Shown here piece by piece: positions 10,581 through 20,657 of a stretch of DNA of 64,000 bases (the first letter of the stretch is position 1; every line of letters starts with the position of its first letter). The position numbers were made by a program, and so were the translations under genes. Origin of the DNA: Thecamonas trahens ATCC 50062 (lineage: Eukaryota > Protista > Apusomonadida); the NCBI RefSeq assembly GCF_000142905.1, contig NW_013657620.1, positions 157,319 through 221,318 on the forward strand, read 5' to 3'. Below the pieces are notes generated by a model. The model did not search any database and was not told where the DNA came from. It was given only the letters and a program-made list of their open reading frames with translations.

Positions 10581-11207
10581 CCCTTGACGGTACGGTCGTT
10601 CGGACGCGTTGTACGCATTGTCGCGCGTCCGAACGAGTGAACAACGCGATGATGCTCGGCTTCCAGGTCACCGGCCGACGCTGCGTGACGCTTGCTTGGC
10701 CTGCGGCTTGAGGTGGGAGGCGCGCCCGTACGTGATGGCGGCCGAGACGTAGATGCCCGCCTGACGCGAGCCCACGCTTCGCCATGACTCGCGTGGCTTT
10801 TCTGCGACATCATCGACGCCCTCGCCGCCAGTGCCGACGCCGTCAGCTCGCGCCCTCGCCGCCAGCGCCGACGCCATCAGCTCCGCGCCGTCACGCAAGC
10901 GGAAGCGTCCCTCTGCAGCGGCAGCTCGTCTTCACCACTTTCCCCAGCGAGCCGCTCTGCGATGCGACTGCCTCGCCTGCCGGAAGCTTCATGGGAAGCG
11001 ATCGCGGCCGCGGACCTTTCGCGCCGCGCACGGCGTCCATCTCTGCATCGCCGACTGTTTTCTGTTGTGGCCCACATGTGGCCACAGCAGCCATCAACAC
11101 ACTGTACTATTCTCACCCCGCGATTGATGGGCGTTGCGACGTCTGTGGAGCGTCGCGGAGCGCGGCTTGCGCGATGGACACGTTTGTCCATTCCGCACCG
11201 TAAAGGA
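10581..11207 (+). mobile_element. Non-autonomous piggyBac element, copy A (degenerate right end)
   Basis: TTAA at 10577-10580, left TIR CCCTTGACGGTACGG, right end CCGCACCGTAAAGGA followed by TTAG. Highly similar to 47392-48183. Carries a remnant of the transposase Cys-rich C-terminus (CLACRKLHGKRSRPRTF..HGVHLCIADCF). Confidence 0.88.
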
Positions 11208-11342
11208 TTAGACGTCATCCGAGCATGGTGCGGTGGAGTCAGCGGCCGGCAGCGGGGAGGGAGGGGGGGGAGGGAGGGGGGAGGAGGGGGGGGGGGCGGC
11301 GGTCGGGAGGCCACTCCTCCCTCAACCCGTCGTACATTACAT

Positions 11343-14300
11343 ATGAGTCAGACCCATACACCCACAAGAGGGGGAGGTGGTCGTGGCGGTGGTCGTGGTG
11401 GTGGTCGTGGTGGTGGTCGTGGTGGTGGTCGTGGAGGTCGTGGAGGAGGAGGAGGAGAAGGAGGCCGTGGGGGTCGTGGCAGAGGTCGTGGCGGTGGAAG
11501 CTCCAAGGGCAAGGGCAAGGGCAAAGGCAAGGGTAATGGCAGAGGCAAGGGCAGAGGCAAGGGCAGGGGCAAGGGCAGGGGCGATCGGGGTGGTGGTCGT
11601 GGTGGTGGTCATGGTCATAGTGGCGGTGGCGGCAAGTCGGCATCGGGCAAGTCGGCATCGGGCAAGTCGGCGTCAGGCAAGGGATCAGGCAAGGGATCAG
11701 GCAAGTCGGCGTCGGGCAAGGGATCAGGCAAGCAGGGCAGTGGTCAGGGGCGGCGTCATCGGCCAAAGAAGCTGAATGCCAAGGCACAGGCCGAGGCGCT
11801 GGCTCGGGCACAGGAGGATGCAGAGGCCCGCAGGGCAGAAGAGGCGGCACGGGCGGCAGCGGCCGAGGCCGAGGCTGCTCGAGCGGCCGAGGCGGCACGG
11901 GTGGCAAAACAAAATGCCGACCGTGAGTGGGTGGCGTGGCGTCGGGAGCTGTATGCTGCAAACTCGGCGCCGGTTGACCCCGAGGCGGCAGCAGCGGCCA
12001 AGACCGGCAAGAAGAAGGGCGCGGCGTCGGTGAAAGGCAACACGTCGTTTATCAAGAAGCTCCGGGCGTTCAACCTCGCCCAGCGCGACTCGCTCCTTGC
12101 CGACATTGACAAGCTCAACATGTCCAAGTTTGTGGAGGAGATCGCGCCGGTCTTCCGCGACATTCCGCTGGCATCACGGCCGGCACACCGGCTCGCGCTC
12201 GAGATCGCCACTGAGCTGCACAAGCGGTACTCGCCCAAGTTTGCCAGCTTGCTCGCGGACGCGCTCGTAACGGCTCCACAGGCTGGCAGCGCAGCGGGAA
12301 CGTCGGGTGAGCCACCGGCGCGCAGCGTGGGCGAGACGCTCACCCTCCTCGCGTATCTCTTCACCGCCGGGATTGTGCCCAAGCTCACGCCGGTCCTCAA
12401 CGGGCTCAAGGTGATCATGGCCGCCGACTGCTCGACGTCGCGCAAGTCGGGGTCTGGCGAGCCAAGCTTTGAGCATGCTGAGGTGCTCGCCAAGTTTGCC
12501 GAGACGTTTGGTGACGAGCTCATGGGCGTGGTACCAACCTCGCCACCGCGTGACGACTTTGTCCCGCTCTTTTCCGGCAGCAGAGCGGTGGCAAGCTACC
12601 TGCTTCCGGCCGACGAGCAAGGCGTGCTCCTCAAGATGTTCACCATCTACCACGGGCGGGCGGCAAAGCACCTTGTTCAGCTCCACGAGGCGCACCTGGC
12701 GGCAGGCACCGGCAGCGCGCCGCCGGCGCTCTACCCGCGGCTCTCGGCAGCGCTCTCGACCCTCTGTCGCTGGCTTAATTTGGCGTTTCCAGAGCTCCGG
12801 CCGCGCGAGGCACCGTCTGTCCGTGCCTCGACCTCGTTCGAGTACGTGCAGACAACCGGGCGGCGACGGGATCTCAACCGCGGAGACTACGTCGTCTTTC
12901 GCGATGAGGACTCACGCGAGTTCTACCAGTCGCTCCGCGACTTGCGCGCCGAGCTGCCAGCAGTTGTCTTTGGCGCTCCGTCGTCGCTCTTTGACGACGA
13001 CTTTCCCCTTGAGACGTCGCCGGCGGCGGTGGCGGCGTCTGCGCCTGCGCTGCTGCAGGCCGCCGCGCCAAGCACGGCGTCCGAGTTTGAGCGGTTTCTC
13101 GTCTCGCTGGCCCACCCGCCGTCGACCCGTGACAAGCTCGACGCGCTCGCGCTCGGCTTCTGCAACCTTGCGGCGGCGTCGCGTGTCAAGCGTGCCGCGT
13201 TTGTGACCCACGTCTTTGGCCTGCCCAAAGCCGAGCACGAGCTCCGTCTTTATGCTCGCATCGTGGCGCTAGTCTCGGGCGCATGCTCGGACGTCGGCGC
13301 CTACCTCTGGCTCCTCCTCCGCAGCTCGATCGCCGAGGCGCTACAGGCACGGCTCTCGGCCGACAACCGCGATTTGTTTGCGCAGGCCCTGAGCAATGCA
13401 CACTTTGCGGCACATCTGGCGCTGTTTGGCGTCATCGCTCCCACCGAGCTCCTCGCACTTGTCGAACTGGCCATGGCGTCGTTCGTCCCGCTCGGCGTCG
13501 AGGTCTGTGTTGCAGTAGTCGCGGGCGCCGGACGGCTGTTGTACGCGTCACCCGAGACGCAAGAAGCAACCGGCAGCGCCCTTGTCAAGATGCGGCGACT
13601 GGCGGGCATCGAACGGGTCTCCGAGTCTGCGGCGTCACGTGTCGAGGCCGCGTACTACTGCGTCCACCCGCCCGACTCGGCCATTCTCCTCAACGAGCGC
13701 GCGAGCCTACCGCCGGCCCACGCCTTTTTCGAGCATGTCATGCTCATGGTCCTCGCGCCCGAGACACTCGACGAAGTCGAGTCCCTCTTTCCGCTCTTTC
13801 CCTGGGGCGATGCCGACGACTTTTACCCTTACGCAGTCCGTGTCCTCTCGTCGGTGTGGCGGTTCCGTCACGCGGCGCTACCGGACCTCGCCGACCTGCT
13901 CTCGGCGCTAGTCTCCTCGCACGAAGCAGTCGTTGTGGACGTTATCGACGAGGTCCTCGCCATGGCTGTCGAGGCGCTCGAGACACCCTCGGCAGCCACG
14001 CACTTACAGCGGCTCTCGGCGCTGTACGCCTTTGTGGGACACTTGTTCAACTACGAACTCATTCCGACCTCGGCGCTATTTGACGTGCTGTATGCGCTGG
14101 TCACCTCGGGCCCGGGCGCGGTTGATCCGTACGACACTTCACGGGTCCGGCTTGTTGTCACTCTCCTCTCGGTCACCGGAGAGTACCTGGAGGCCGGGAC
14201 CGACGGCGGGGCGCGGCTCGACGACTTTGCGCTGGTCTTCAAGCGGTTTGTGCTCACTCGTGCGCCGCTCTCGCTCGATCTCGAGCACGCGCTGCTAGAG

Positions 14301-15125
14301 CTGTTCGAGTGGCTCGGCATCGGATGGTCGCGCGAGCCAGCGGCGCTGGCCAGCCTCGCTGCCGACATTGATGCGCTCAGGCTCCGCCTCGCTCACTCGG
14401 GCCCGCTCTTTCGCCCACTTGCCCTCGACCCTGCGGTGCTCGAGGCCGAAGCCGCTGTCGAGGCCGAAATCGGCGACGGAGGCGAAGACGTTGGTGCCGC
14501 CTGGGTTTCTGACGAAGACGACGGCGAGTACGAATCGGACGACGACGACGAGGACGGAGACGACGACGAGGAAGATGACGACGACGAGGAAGAAGACGAC
14601 GACGACGAGGACGAAGACGAAGATGACGACGAGGACGACGACGACGAGGAAGAGTACATCGACTTTACCGCGCTCATGCAGAGCTCGCTGATGCGCAACG
14701 AACGTACAGCCGACGACGACCTCTTTGACGCGCAGTTCGAGATGATGATGGAGGAAGAGATGGTGCGGACGGTGGGCGCTAAGACAAGCGGGAGTGGCGG
14801 CGGGGTGGTGTCCGGCTGGCGGACGCCTGTGGGCACGCCCACGTACAGTGGGAGCCCACGCGGTGGCAGTCGGGAGGCATTCCCCGCGCTCCCGAGTCGC
14901 GGGGCCATCGGCGGCGGCGACAGCAGCGGCAGTGGCAGCGGCAGCGGGCCCGACCGCGAGACGGTGACGAGCTTCCGGATCATGACGGGGGCAGGCGACG
15001 TTGGCACGGTCGAGCTGCCGGCCAATTCTGCGCTGCTGACCGAGCGCGAGCAAGCGGCGCGCGAGTCACGTGAGGAAAAGACTCGCCTCAAAGAGTATGT
15101 GCTGCAGTACGAGCGGACAGGATGA
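11343..15125 (+). CDS. UPF2: Nonsense-mediated decay factor UPF2 (MIF4G domains, acidic region, UPF1-binding C-terminus) with RGG/GK-rich N-terminus
   Basis: SVKGNTSFIKKLR, LNMSKFVEEIA, ELHKRY, FRDEDSREFYQSLRDL, VEAAYYCVHPP, FVGHLFNY, RVRLVVTLL, DDLFDAQFEMMM and EKTRLKEYVLQYE occur in UPF2 order. Confidence 0.88.
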   Translation: MSQTHTPTRGGGGRGGGRGGGRGGGRGGGRGGRGGGGGEGGRGGRGRGRGGGSSKGKGKGKGKGNGRGKGRGKGRGKGRGDRGGGRGGGHGHSGGGGKSASGKSASGKSASGKGSGKGSGKSASGKGSGKQGSGQGRRHRPKKLNAKAQAEALARAQEDAEARRAEEAARAAAAEAEAARAAEAARVAKQNADREWVAWRRELYAANSAPVDPEAAAAAKTGKKKGAASVKGNTSFIKKLRAFNLAQRDSLLADIDKLNMSKFVEEIAPVFRDIPLASRPAHRLALEIATELHKRYSPKFASLLADALVTAPQAGSAAGTSGEPPARSVGETLTLLAYLFTAGIVPKLTPVLNGLKVIMAADCSTSRKSGSGEPSFEHAEVLAKFAETFGDELMGVVPTSPPRDDFVPLFSGSRAVASYLLPADEQGVLLKMFTIYHGRAAKHLVQLHEAHLAAGTGSAPPALYPRLSAALSTLCRWLNLAFPELRPREAPSVRASTSFEYVQTTGRRRDLNRGDYVVFRDEDSREFYQSLRDLRAELPAVVFGAPSSLFDDDFPLETSPAAVAASAPALLQAAAPSTASEFERFLVSLAHPPSTRDKLDALALGFCNLAAASRVKRAAFVTHVFGLPKAEHELRLYARIVALVSGACSDVGAYLWLLLRSSIAEALQARLSADNRDLFAQALSNAHFAAHLALFGVIAPTELLALVELAMASFVPLGVEVCVAVVAGAGRLLYASPETQEATGSALVKMRRLAGIERVSESAASRVEAAYYCVHPPDSAILLNERASLPPAHAFFEHVMLMVLAPETLDEVESLFPLFPWGDADDFYPYAVRVLSSVWRFRHAALPDLADLLSALVSSHEAVVVDVIDEVLAMAVEALETPSAATHLQRLSALYAFVGHLFNYELIPTSALFDVLYALVTSGPGAVDPYDTSRVRLVVTLLSVTGEYLEAGTDGGARLDDFALVFKRFVLTRAPLSLDLEHALLELFEWLGIGWSREPAALASLAADIDALRLRLAHSGPLFRPLALDPAVLEAEAAVEAEIGDGGEDVGAAWVSDEDDGEYESDDDDEDGDDDEEDDDDEEEDDDDEDEDEDDDEDDDDEEEYIDFTALMQSSLMRNERTADDDLFDAQFEMMMEEEMVRTVGAKTSGSGGGVVSGWRTPVGTPTYSGSPRGGSREAFPALPSRGAIGGGDSSGSGSGSGPDRETVTSFRIMTGAGDVGTVELPANSALLTEREQAARESREEKTRLKEYVLQYERTG

Positions 15126-15130
15126 CGTGA

Positions 15131-16207
15131 TTAAAATCCAAGGTCGTCGATGCAAAGGCCGTCGTGGGCGAGCTGGACATTGAGGTGGCCGACCTCCTCG
15201 GCCAGCTGGGCGTTGATGGCGTCGTGGTCAAAGTCGTCGGTCATGCCGACAAGCAGAGTCCGCCCAGGTTGAAGGTCGGCGACAACATCGAGGGCTTGCG
15301 GGAGATTAAAGTGGGTTGGATGAGTAAAGTGGCGACGGAGGGTGTCAAGGACGAGGATGTCGATGCGCTGCGAGGTGATAAACTCGCGTGTCTCGTGCGG
15401 GATACGCGAGACGTCCGAGATGTAGACCACGCGGGTAGTGGCTTCGGAGCCAAAGATAAAGCCGAGAGAGATGTAGTCCTCGCCATGCATGACCGGAATG
15501 GGCATGATCTCCAGGTCGCCGACGGTGAACGGCTCCATGGGCGCGATGACGTTCCACGAGAGCTGGGCAACCTTGCGGGTCACGCCCTTGATCACCTCGG
15601 GCTCCTTGACAAGGTAGGGGAAGACCCTGCGCATGGCGTCCATGGTCCGCTGGGCGAGGAAGACCGGCGTCGGCTCGGGCTTGTACTCGTGCTCCATGAC
15701 CTCGTCACCTCCTCCGGCGGCATCATTCTCTGCGGCAGCATCGCGATCGGCAGCCTGCGCCTCTGCATCCGTCAAAGGCGGGCCTGTGAGCGAGACCAGC
15801 TTGACGGGCGGCTTTGGGCACTTCTTGGGCTCGACACAGCGGAGATCATCCAAGCCCATGATGGCATCGGCATGATCATGGGTGAGGACGACAGCATGGA
15901 GACGATGAACATTGTGTCTCGGGAACCAGCGAATGGAAGCCTCTCGAAAGTGCTTGCCAGCATCAATGAGGACGGTGGTGCCCATGGAGGACTTGATGAG
16001 CAGCGAGGGATTGCATCGATAGTTTTTGTTCTCCTCGGGCGGTCCATCGTAGGCAGCCTTGCGGCAGACGGGACACGCCTCCTCGCCCAGCATGAGGCAC
16101 GAGGCAACCGGGACTCCCGACGACGAGCCAGTGCCCATAAACACGATCCCCCCTCCATGACATCCCCCCCTCTCCCCATTCCTCGTCTCGGTCCTTGCTG
16201 TCGACAT
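15131..16207 (-). CDS. Metallo-beta-lactamase-fold hydrolase, PhnP/Lactamase_B_2-like
   Basis: FMGTGSSSGVP, NYRCNPSLLI, LIDAGK, THDHADA, VMHG, YISDVS, HPTHF, AHDG. Start codon uncertain. Confidence 0.88.
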   Translation of the reverse strand: MSTARTETRNGERGGCHGGGIVFMGTGSSSGVPVASCLMLGEEACPVCRKAAYDGPPEENKNYRCNPSLLIKSSMGTTVLIDAGKHFREASIRWFPRHNVHRLHAVVLTHDHADAIMGLDDLRCVEPKKCPKPPVKLVSLTGPPLTDAEAQAADRDAAAENDAAGGGDEVMEHEYKPEPTPVFLAQRTMDAMRRVFPYLVKEPEVIKGVTRKVAQLSWNVIAPMEPFTVGDLEIMPIPVMHGEDYISLGFIFGSEATTRVVYISDVSRIPHETREFITSQRIDILVLDTLRRHFTHPTHFNLPQALDVVADLQPGRTLLVGMTDDFDHDAINAQLAEEVGHLNVQLAHDGLCIDDLGF

Positions 16208-16890
16208 GCTCCCTGTCTCTCTCGTCGTCAAGTGCTCGTTCCCCCCTCCGTCGTCTCCGTCTCTGTTGCCGTCCGTCACCGTCGCTGACTCTGTCGCCGT
16301 CCCCGTCTCCACTGCCAACACCCTCGCTCACTTTCTCGATTGCCGACAGAGCGATCGCTTCGCAGGCTCGACAGCCTGAGAGATTCCCTCGCACTTACTG
16401 CGCCGGCCATCATTGTCAGTACATCGTGCCGATTGGCCCGGCGCACGCCGATCAAGGCCATCGGAGCTCTTGTCAGAGTACGGTACCATCCGCTTGGCTT
16501 TGCTCAGCCGGCCGCAAATGGTAGCAACTTGTAGCAGTTGCGACAGGTCTCTGCTATCCGCTGTTTGTCGGGGGCTTACCCACACTGTCTCGCATCCATC
16601 ACACCCAGAGGTCGGAAGGATGCCGAGGTGCGGTGGATCGGGGGTGATAGAGGGAATGATCAGGGTGGCCCAGGGCAGGCGATGGAGAAAGAGGTGGTCA
16701 TGATGGTTGTCTAGACCAAGAGTGATGGGTGGGGACGGTTGGTTTGAGCTGAGTCTGAGCTGAGTTTGCGCTGAGCGATAGCGACGGCGACAGCAATAGC
16801 GACAGCCACTGCTCGTGTGAGAGCAGGTGAGCTAGGAAGAGGGAGAGTATGCTGGCATGGGTATGGCATCCGCTTCCGAGGCGGGAGCAC

Positions 16891-18309
16891 ATGAGTCTGA
16901 CCCTCTTTCTGGTCTCCTTCTACACTCTGGTCGGCGCGTACTGGCTTGTCCGCCCACTCAAAGTCGGCGTCTTTGTGGCTCTGGTCGGTCTCTCCTCAGA
17001 GCCGGAGGCCAAGCTCGGCACCCTGGTTGTCCTCCTCCCCATCCTACTGGGCTACAATGCTGCTGTTGCCCGGGTCACCGATATGAAGCGACTGGTTGCT
17101 GTGGTTGCCGGCGCTTATGCGGCCATCTTTGCCGCCATCGGCCTCGTCCTGCCCATCGCACTCGCATCGTCATCGTCGCCATCGCCTTCCTTGTCGGCGT
17201 CGTGGGCTTGGCTGGGCTGGGTCACGTACTGGGTCATCGAGTCGTTTGGATCGGTGTGTGTGGCGATGATGTGGTCGGTCCTCTCGTCAGTGCTGGCGTC
17301 GCGGCCAAAGGCGACAGCGGCGCATGTGTATCCGCTGGCAGTGGTGGTCTGCCAGCTTGGGGCCATCACGGGTGCGAGTCTAGCGACGCGGACCGCGTCT
17401 CTTGGCTTTGGGTTTATGTTCTTTGTCGGTGCTGCTGCAGTTGCCGGCGTCATCGTCACTTCGTCGGCGGCAGTGTCGTACGCTGCGGCTAGCGCGGTGG
17501 CAGCGCCAAGCGAGGCCGCTGAGGCCGGTCTGCTCAGTGGCGGACAGCTGGCGGCGCAGATCGAGACGCTCGAGGACAAGAACGCACCACAAGCAGCAGC
17601 AAGTGCGAGTCATTTGCCGCCGCCGCGCGGCGGGCGCGGCAGTGCGGCGCAGCGCAGACAGCGGCGACAGACCGGCCTGCTCGAGGGCTTGATCATCATC
17701 GGGACCGACACGTATGTCGGTGGCATCCTTGTTGTCTCGACCTTTGCCGAGCTCATCGGCACCATTCTCGACTACCAGATGAAGGTGGTGGCCAAGCGAG
17801 AGTATGCAACGCCCGAGGCCTTTGCCGGCTTTATGGGCTACTTTGGCGTGGCGGTCAACTCGATGTCGCTCGTGTTCGCGCTTGTGGGGACCAAGCGGTT
17901 CTTGGCCATGTTTGGCCTCCGTGCGGCGCTGCTGGCGTATCCCCTGGGGTGTGCATCGGTGGTAGGCCTCGTGTACCTCGCGCCTTCGCTTGCGTTTATG
18001 TTTGTGGGCATGGTTGCGCTCAAGGCGTTCAACTACTCGCTCAACAACCCGGCCAAGGAGCTGCTGTACCTCTCGACGACGCCCGACGTGCGGTTCAAGG
18101 CCAAGTCGTGGATCGACATGTTTGGGACACGGCTGGCCAAGGGCGTGGGTGCGTCGATCACAGCTCGGCTCAAGAACTCGACGGCGGCGCTCCTTGAGTC
18201 CGGCTCGCTGGTCTCGGCCGGCTTTGCGGCCGTGTGGATTGTGGTGGCGTCGAGTGTTGGGCGACAGTATGCACGCCGTGCTGTGGCCGGAAGCGCCAGC
18301 GGGAGCTAG
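16891..18309 (+). CDS. NTT/TLC family (ATP:ADP antiporter-like) nucleotide transporter
   Basis: About 12 TM segments; YWLVRPLK, IESFGS, QLGAITG, GTILDYQMK and KAFNYSLNNPAKELLY...RFKAKSWIDMFGTRLAKG family motifs. Intronless; alternative ATG at 16849. Confidence 0.82.
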   Translation: MSLTLFLVSFYTLVGAYWLVRPLKVGVFVALVGLSSEPEAKLGTLVVLLPILLGYNAAVARVTDMKRLVAVVAGAYAAIFAAIGLVLPIALASSSSPSPSLSASWAWLGWVTYWVIESFGSVCVAMMWSVLSSVLASRPKATAAHVYPLAVVVCQLGAITGASLATRTASLGFGFMFFVGAAAVAGVIVTSSAAVSYAAASAVAAPSEAAEAGLLSGGQLAAQIETLEDKNAPQAAASASHLPPPRGGRGSAAQRRQRRQTGLLEGLIIIGTDTYVGGILVVSTFAELIGTILDYQMKVVAKREYATPEAFAGFMGYFGVAVNSMSLVFALVGTKRFLAMFGLRAALLAYPLGCASVVGLVYLAPSLAFMFVGMVALKAFNYSLNNPAKELLYLSTTPDVRFKAKSWIDMFGTRLAKGVGASITARLKNSTAALLESGSLVSAGFAAVWIVVASSVGRQYARRAVAGSASGS

Positions 18310-20036
18310 AGCGAGTCGGAGACATCATAGCGCGAGGCGTAGGAGATGTCAGACCACATGGAGCCGAAGAGCGAGCCGCGCGAGGAGCGGCCGAGCGGGA
18401 CGAGCGAGCCTGTGGTGGTGCGGCGGCGCGAGGCGCGCGGGGCGTCCGAGTCCGAGCCGGAGCCCGAGGTCGACGAGTAGCCGACGCACGACGACTCACC
18501 GGTGGAGGAGAAGCCGAGGCCAAAGTCGATGGCGTCGTCGGGGACGGCCGGTAGGTGGCCCGGATCATCGTCGTAGGCCGAGTCGTCCGAGGCCGTCGGC
18601 GCTTCCGCGGCGCGGCGGACTGGGTCAAAGTACTCGTGCTCGAGCGCGGCGGCGGCAGAGATGCGGCGTTCGGGATTGTAGGCAAGGGTGCGGCGGAGGA
18701 GGTTGAGGGCGGAGCTCGAGACGTTGTCGTGGTTGTCGTCGGTGACGAGGGCGCGGAACGACTTGACTTTGTGCGCGGTCCGCTTGACAGCGCCCGGCAG
18801 GGCGACGCCGACCGAATCGACGTAGGCCTTGAGCTTTGCGGTGCCCAGTAGCCGGGTGTATAGCACAAGTTGCTCGACGTCCGACTGCATGCCGGTGAAG
18901 AACGGAATGCGGCGAAATAGCATGGAGGCAAAGACAATGCCGGCGGACCAAACGTCGACGGCGGCGCCGTACTGGTGGATGTGCAGGAGGAGCTCGGGCG
19001 CCTTGTAGGGGCGGGTGCCCGGGAAGCGGGTAAACGACTTGCCCGGGCGGAGGAGGCCGGCGCAGCCCCAATCAATGAGACGGACCTTGCGACGGCCGTG
19101 ATCGATGAGCACATTGGCCGGCTTGATGTCGCGATGGACAACACCGGCGTCGTGGGCATAGGCCAGGGCGAGGAAGAGCTTATACATGTAGGTTCGGATG
19201 TCGGTGTCGGAGAGGACGCAGTAGAGCGACTGCCAGCGGTTCTCGTCGACGTGCTCAAAGACCAAGTGGGCGACACCCTCGCGGTCGCGGACCGTGTCGT
19301 ACAGCCGCACAATGTTCGGCCCGTCGTGGATCCGCAGCAGGGTGTTGATTTCCTTCCGGGTCCGGTTCCGCTCGTCCTCCTCCTCACGCATCTCCTTCAG
19401 CGCGACCGGCACACCAGAAGCCTTGTGCCAGCCCAGAAAGACCTCGCCGTACGAGCCCGAGCCAAGATGCTCACCGAAGCGGTACTTGGCGAGCGAGCCC
19501 CAGTGGACGGTAAAGGCGCCGTCGTCGTTGGGCTTGAGCACCCACGGCGGCCGCACCACCCGCAGCCGCGACTTGCGTCGCCGGGCCTTGGCCTTGCTCC
19601 GCAACTCTGCCTTTTTGGCCACCCGTCGCGCATTGCGTCGCCGCCGTCCCTTGCCCCGGCCAGCATCCGATCCCGACGCCGACGCCGTGGCCGTAGCCGT
19701 TGGCGATCTCGGCCGCGATCTCCGGCTTGCCGATTGTCGTCCGGTTGCAGCCCTGACCTTGGTCTTCGTAGCCGCCTTCTTCGCCTTGGTCTTGGGCCTT
19801 GACCTCGACTTGAGCTTGGACTTGGACTTGTCCTTGGCCATCTTCCGCGATCTGTCGGACCTGCTGCTCCTCTTCTTGCTCGCCGACCTTCTCCGGCTGC
19901 TCTTTCCTGCCCTCCCTACACTCCGCGACATGGGCGTGGCGGTATTCCTCCTTGACCTTCGACTGGAGCCATGCGCGGGCCATGACGACGATGACGATGA
20001 TGATGACGATGATGATGATGATGATGATGATGGCAT
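18306..20036 (-). CDS. Divergent casein kinase 2 alpha-like kinase with Ser/Arg/Lys-rich N-terminal extension
   Basis: WGSLAKYRFGEHLGSGSYGEVF, GPNIVRL, LVFEHVD, DIRTYMY, HRDIKPANVLID, CK2-specific IDWG, YKAPELL. Confidence 0.87.
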   Translation of the reverse strand: MPSSSSSSSSSSSSSSSSWPAHGSSRRSRRNTATPMSRSVGRAGKSSRRRSASKKRSSRSDRSRKMAKDKSKSKLKSRSRPKTKAKKAATKTKVRAATGRQSASRRSRPRSPTATATASASGSDAGRGKGRRRRNARRVAKKAELRSKAKARRRKSRLRVVRPPWVLKPNDDGAFTVHWGSLAKYRFGEHLGSGSYGEVFLGWHKASGVPVALKEMREEEDERNRTRKEINTLLRIHDGPNIVRLYDTVRDREGVAHLVFEHVDENRWQSLYCVLSDTDIRTYMYKLFLALAYAHDAGVVHRDIKPANVLIDHGRRKVRLIDWGCAGLLRPGKSFTRFPGTRPYKAPELLLHIHQYGAAVDVWSAGIVFASMLFRRIPFFTGMQSDVEQLVLYTRLLGTAKLKAYVDSVGVALPGAVKRTAHKVKSFRALVTDDNHDNVSSSALNLLRRTLAYNPERRISAAAALEHEYFDPVRRAAEAPTASDDSAYDDDPGHLPAVPDDAIDFGLGFSSTGESSCVGYSSTSGSGSDSDAPRASRRRTTTGSLVPLGRSSRGSLFGSMWSDISYASRYDVSDSL

Positions 20037-20657
20037 GGTGGGGTGGGTCGGGGCCTTGGGTGTGGGAGTTGTGGTTTCGTGGGGTGTGTGGGTGATGTGG
20101 CAGGGACGGGGGGTGGTGGTGGTGTGTGGTGGTGGTGGTGTGTGGTGGTGGTGTGTAGTGGTGGTGGTGGTGGTGTGTAGTGGTGGTTGTGTGTGGTGGG
20201 TGCGGGTGGCGGTCTGTGGTGGTTGGTGGCTGTCTCCGGCTCGGCGGATGGTCCGAGGTGATTCGGTAGTGCCAAACTGACAATGATTTGGCAACAGGGA
20301 CGGGTTGGGGGTTGGGTGGGGTAGGGGGAAGGGGGGAGGGGAGAGGGGGGGGGAGGGGGGAAAGGGGGGAAATATGGGGAAGGGAGGAAAGATGGGGAGG
20401 GGGGAAGGGGGAAGGAGGGAGGAGGAGGCTGGTCATTCCAGCCATCGGTGGTCAGAATCAGGAGTCGGTAGCGAATTTTGTTTAATGTTTTCGCCGGAAC
20501 GTTGCAACTGGGAGCTACTGCCAACGCCACCGGCCAGCGCTACGACCACGACGACAGCTACAGGCACATCCACATCCATCGCTCATTACTGCTCTTCACC
20601 TCTCCAAAGACCACTACTTATTATCTGAAATTCATCTCTGCCAGCTGAGGAAAGGCA

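Noticed and set aside
10962-11342. N-terminal 127 aa of the 1387-aa UPF2 ORF
   Set aside because: Derived from piggyBac sequence and a G-run; ATG 11343 is more plausible.
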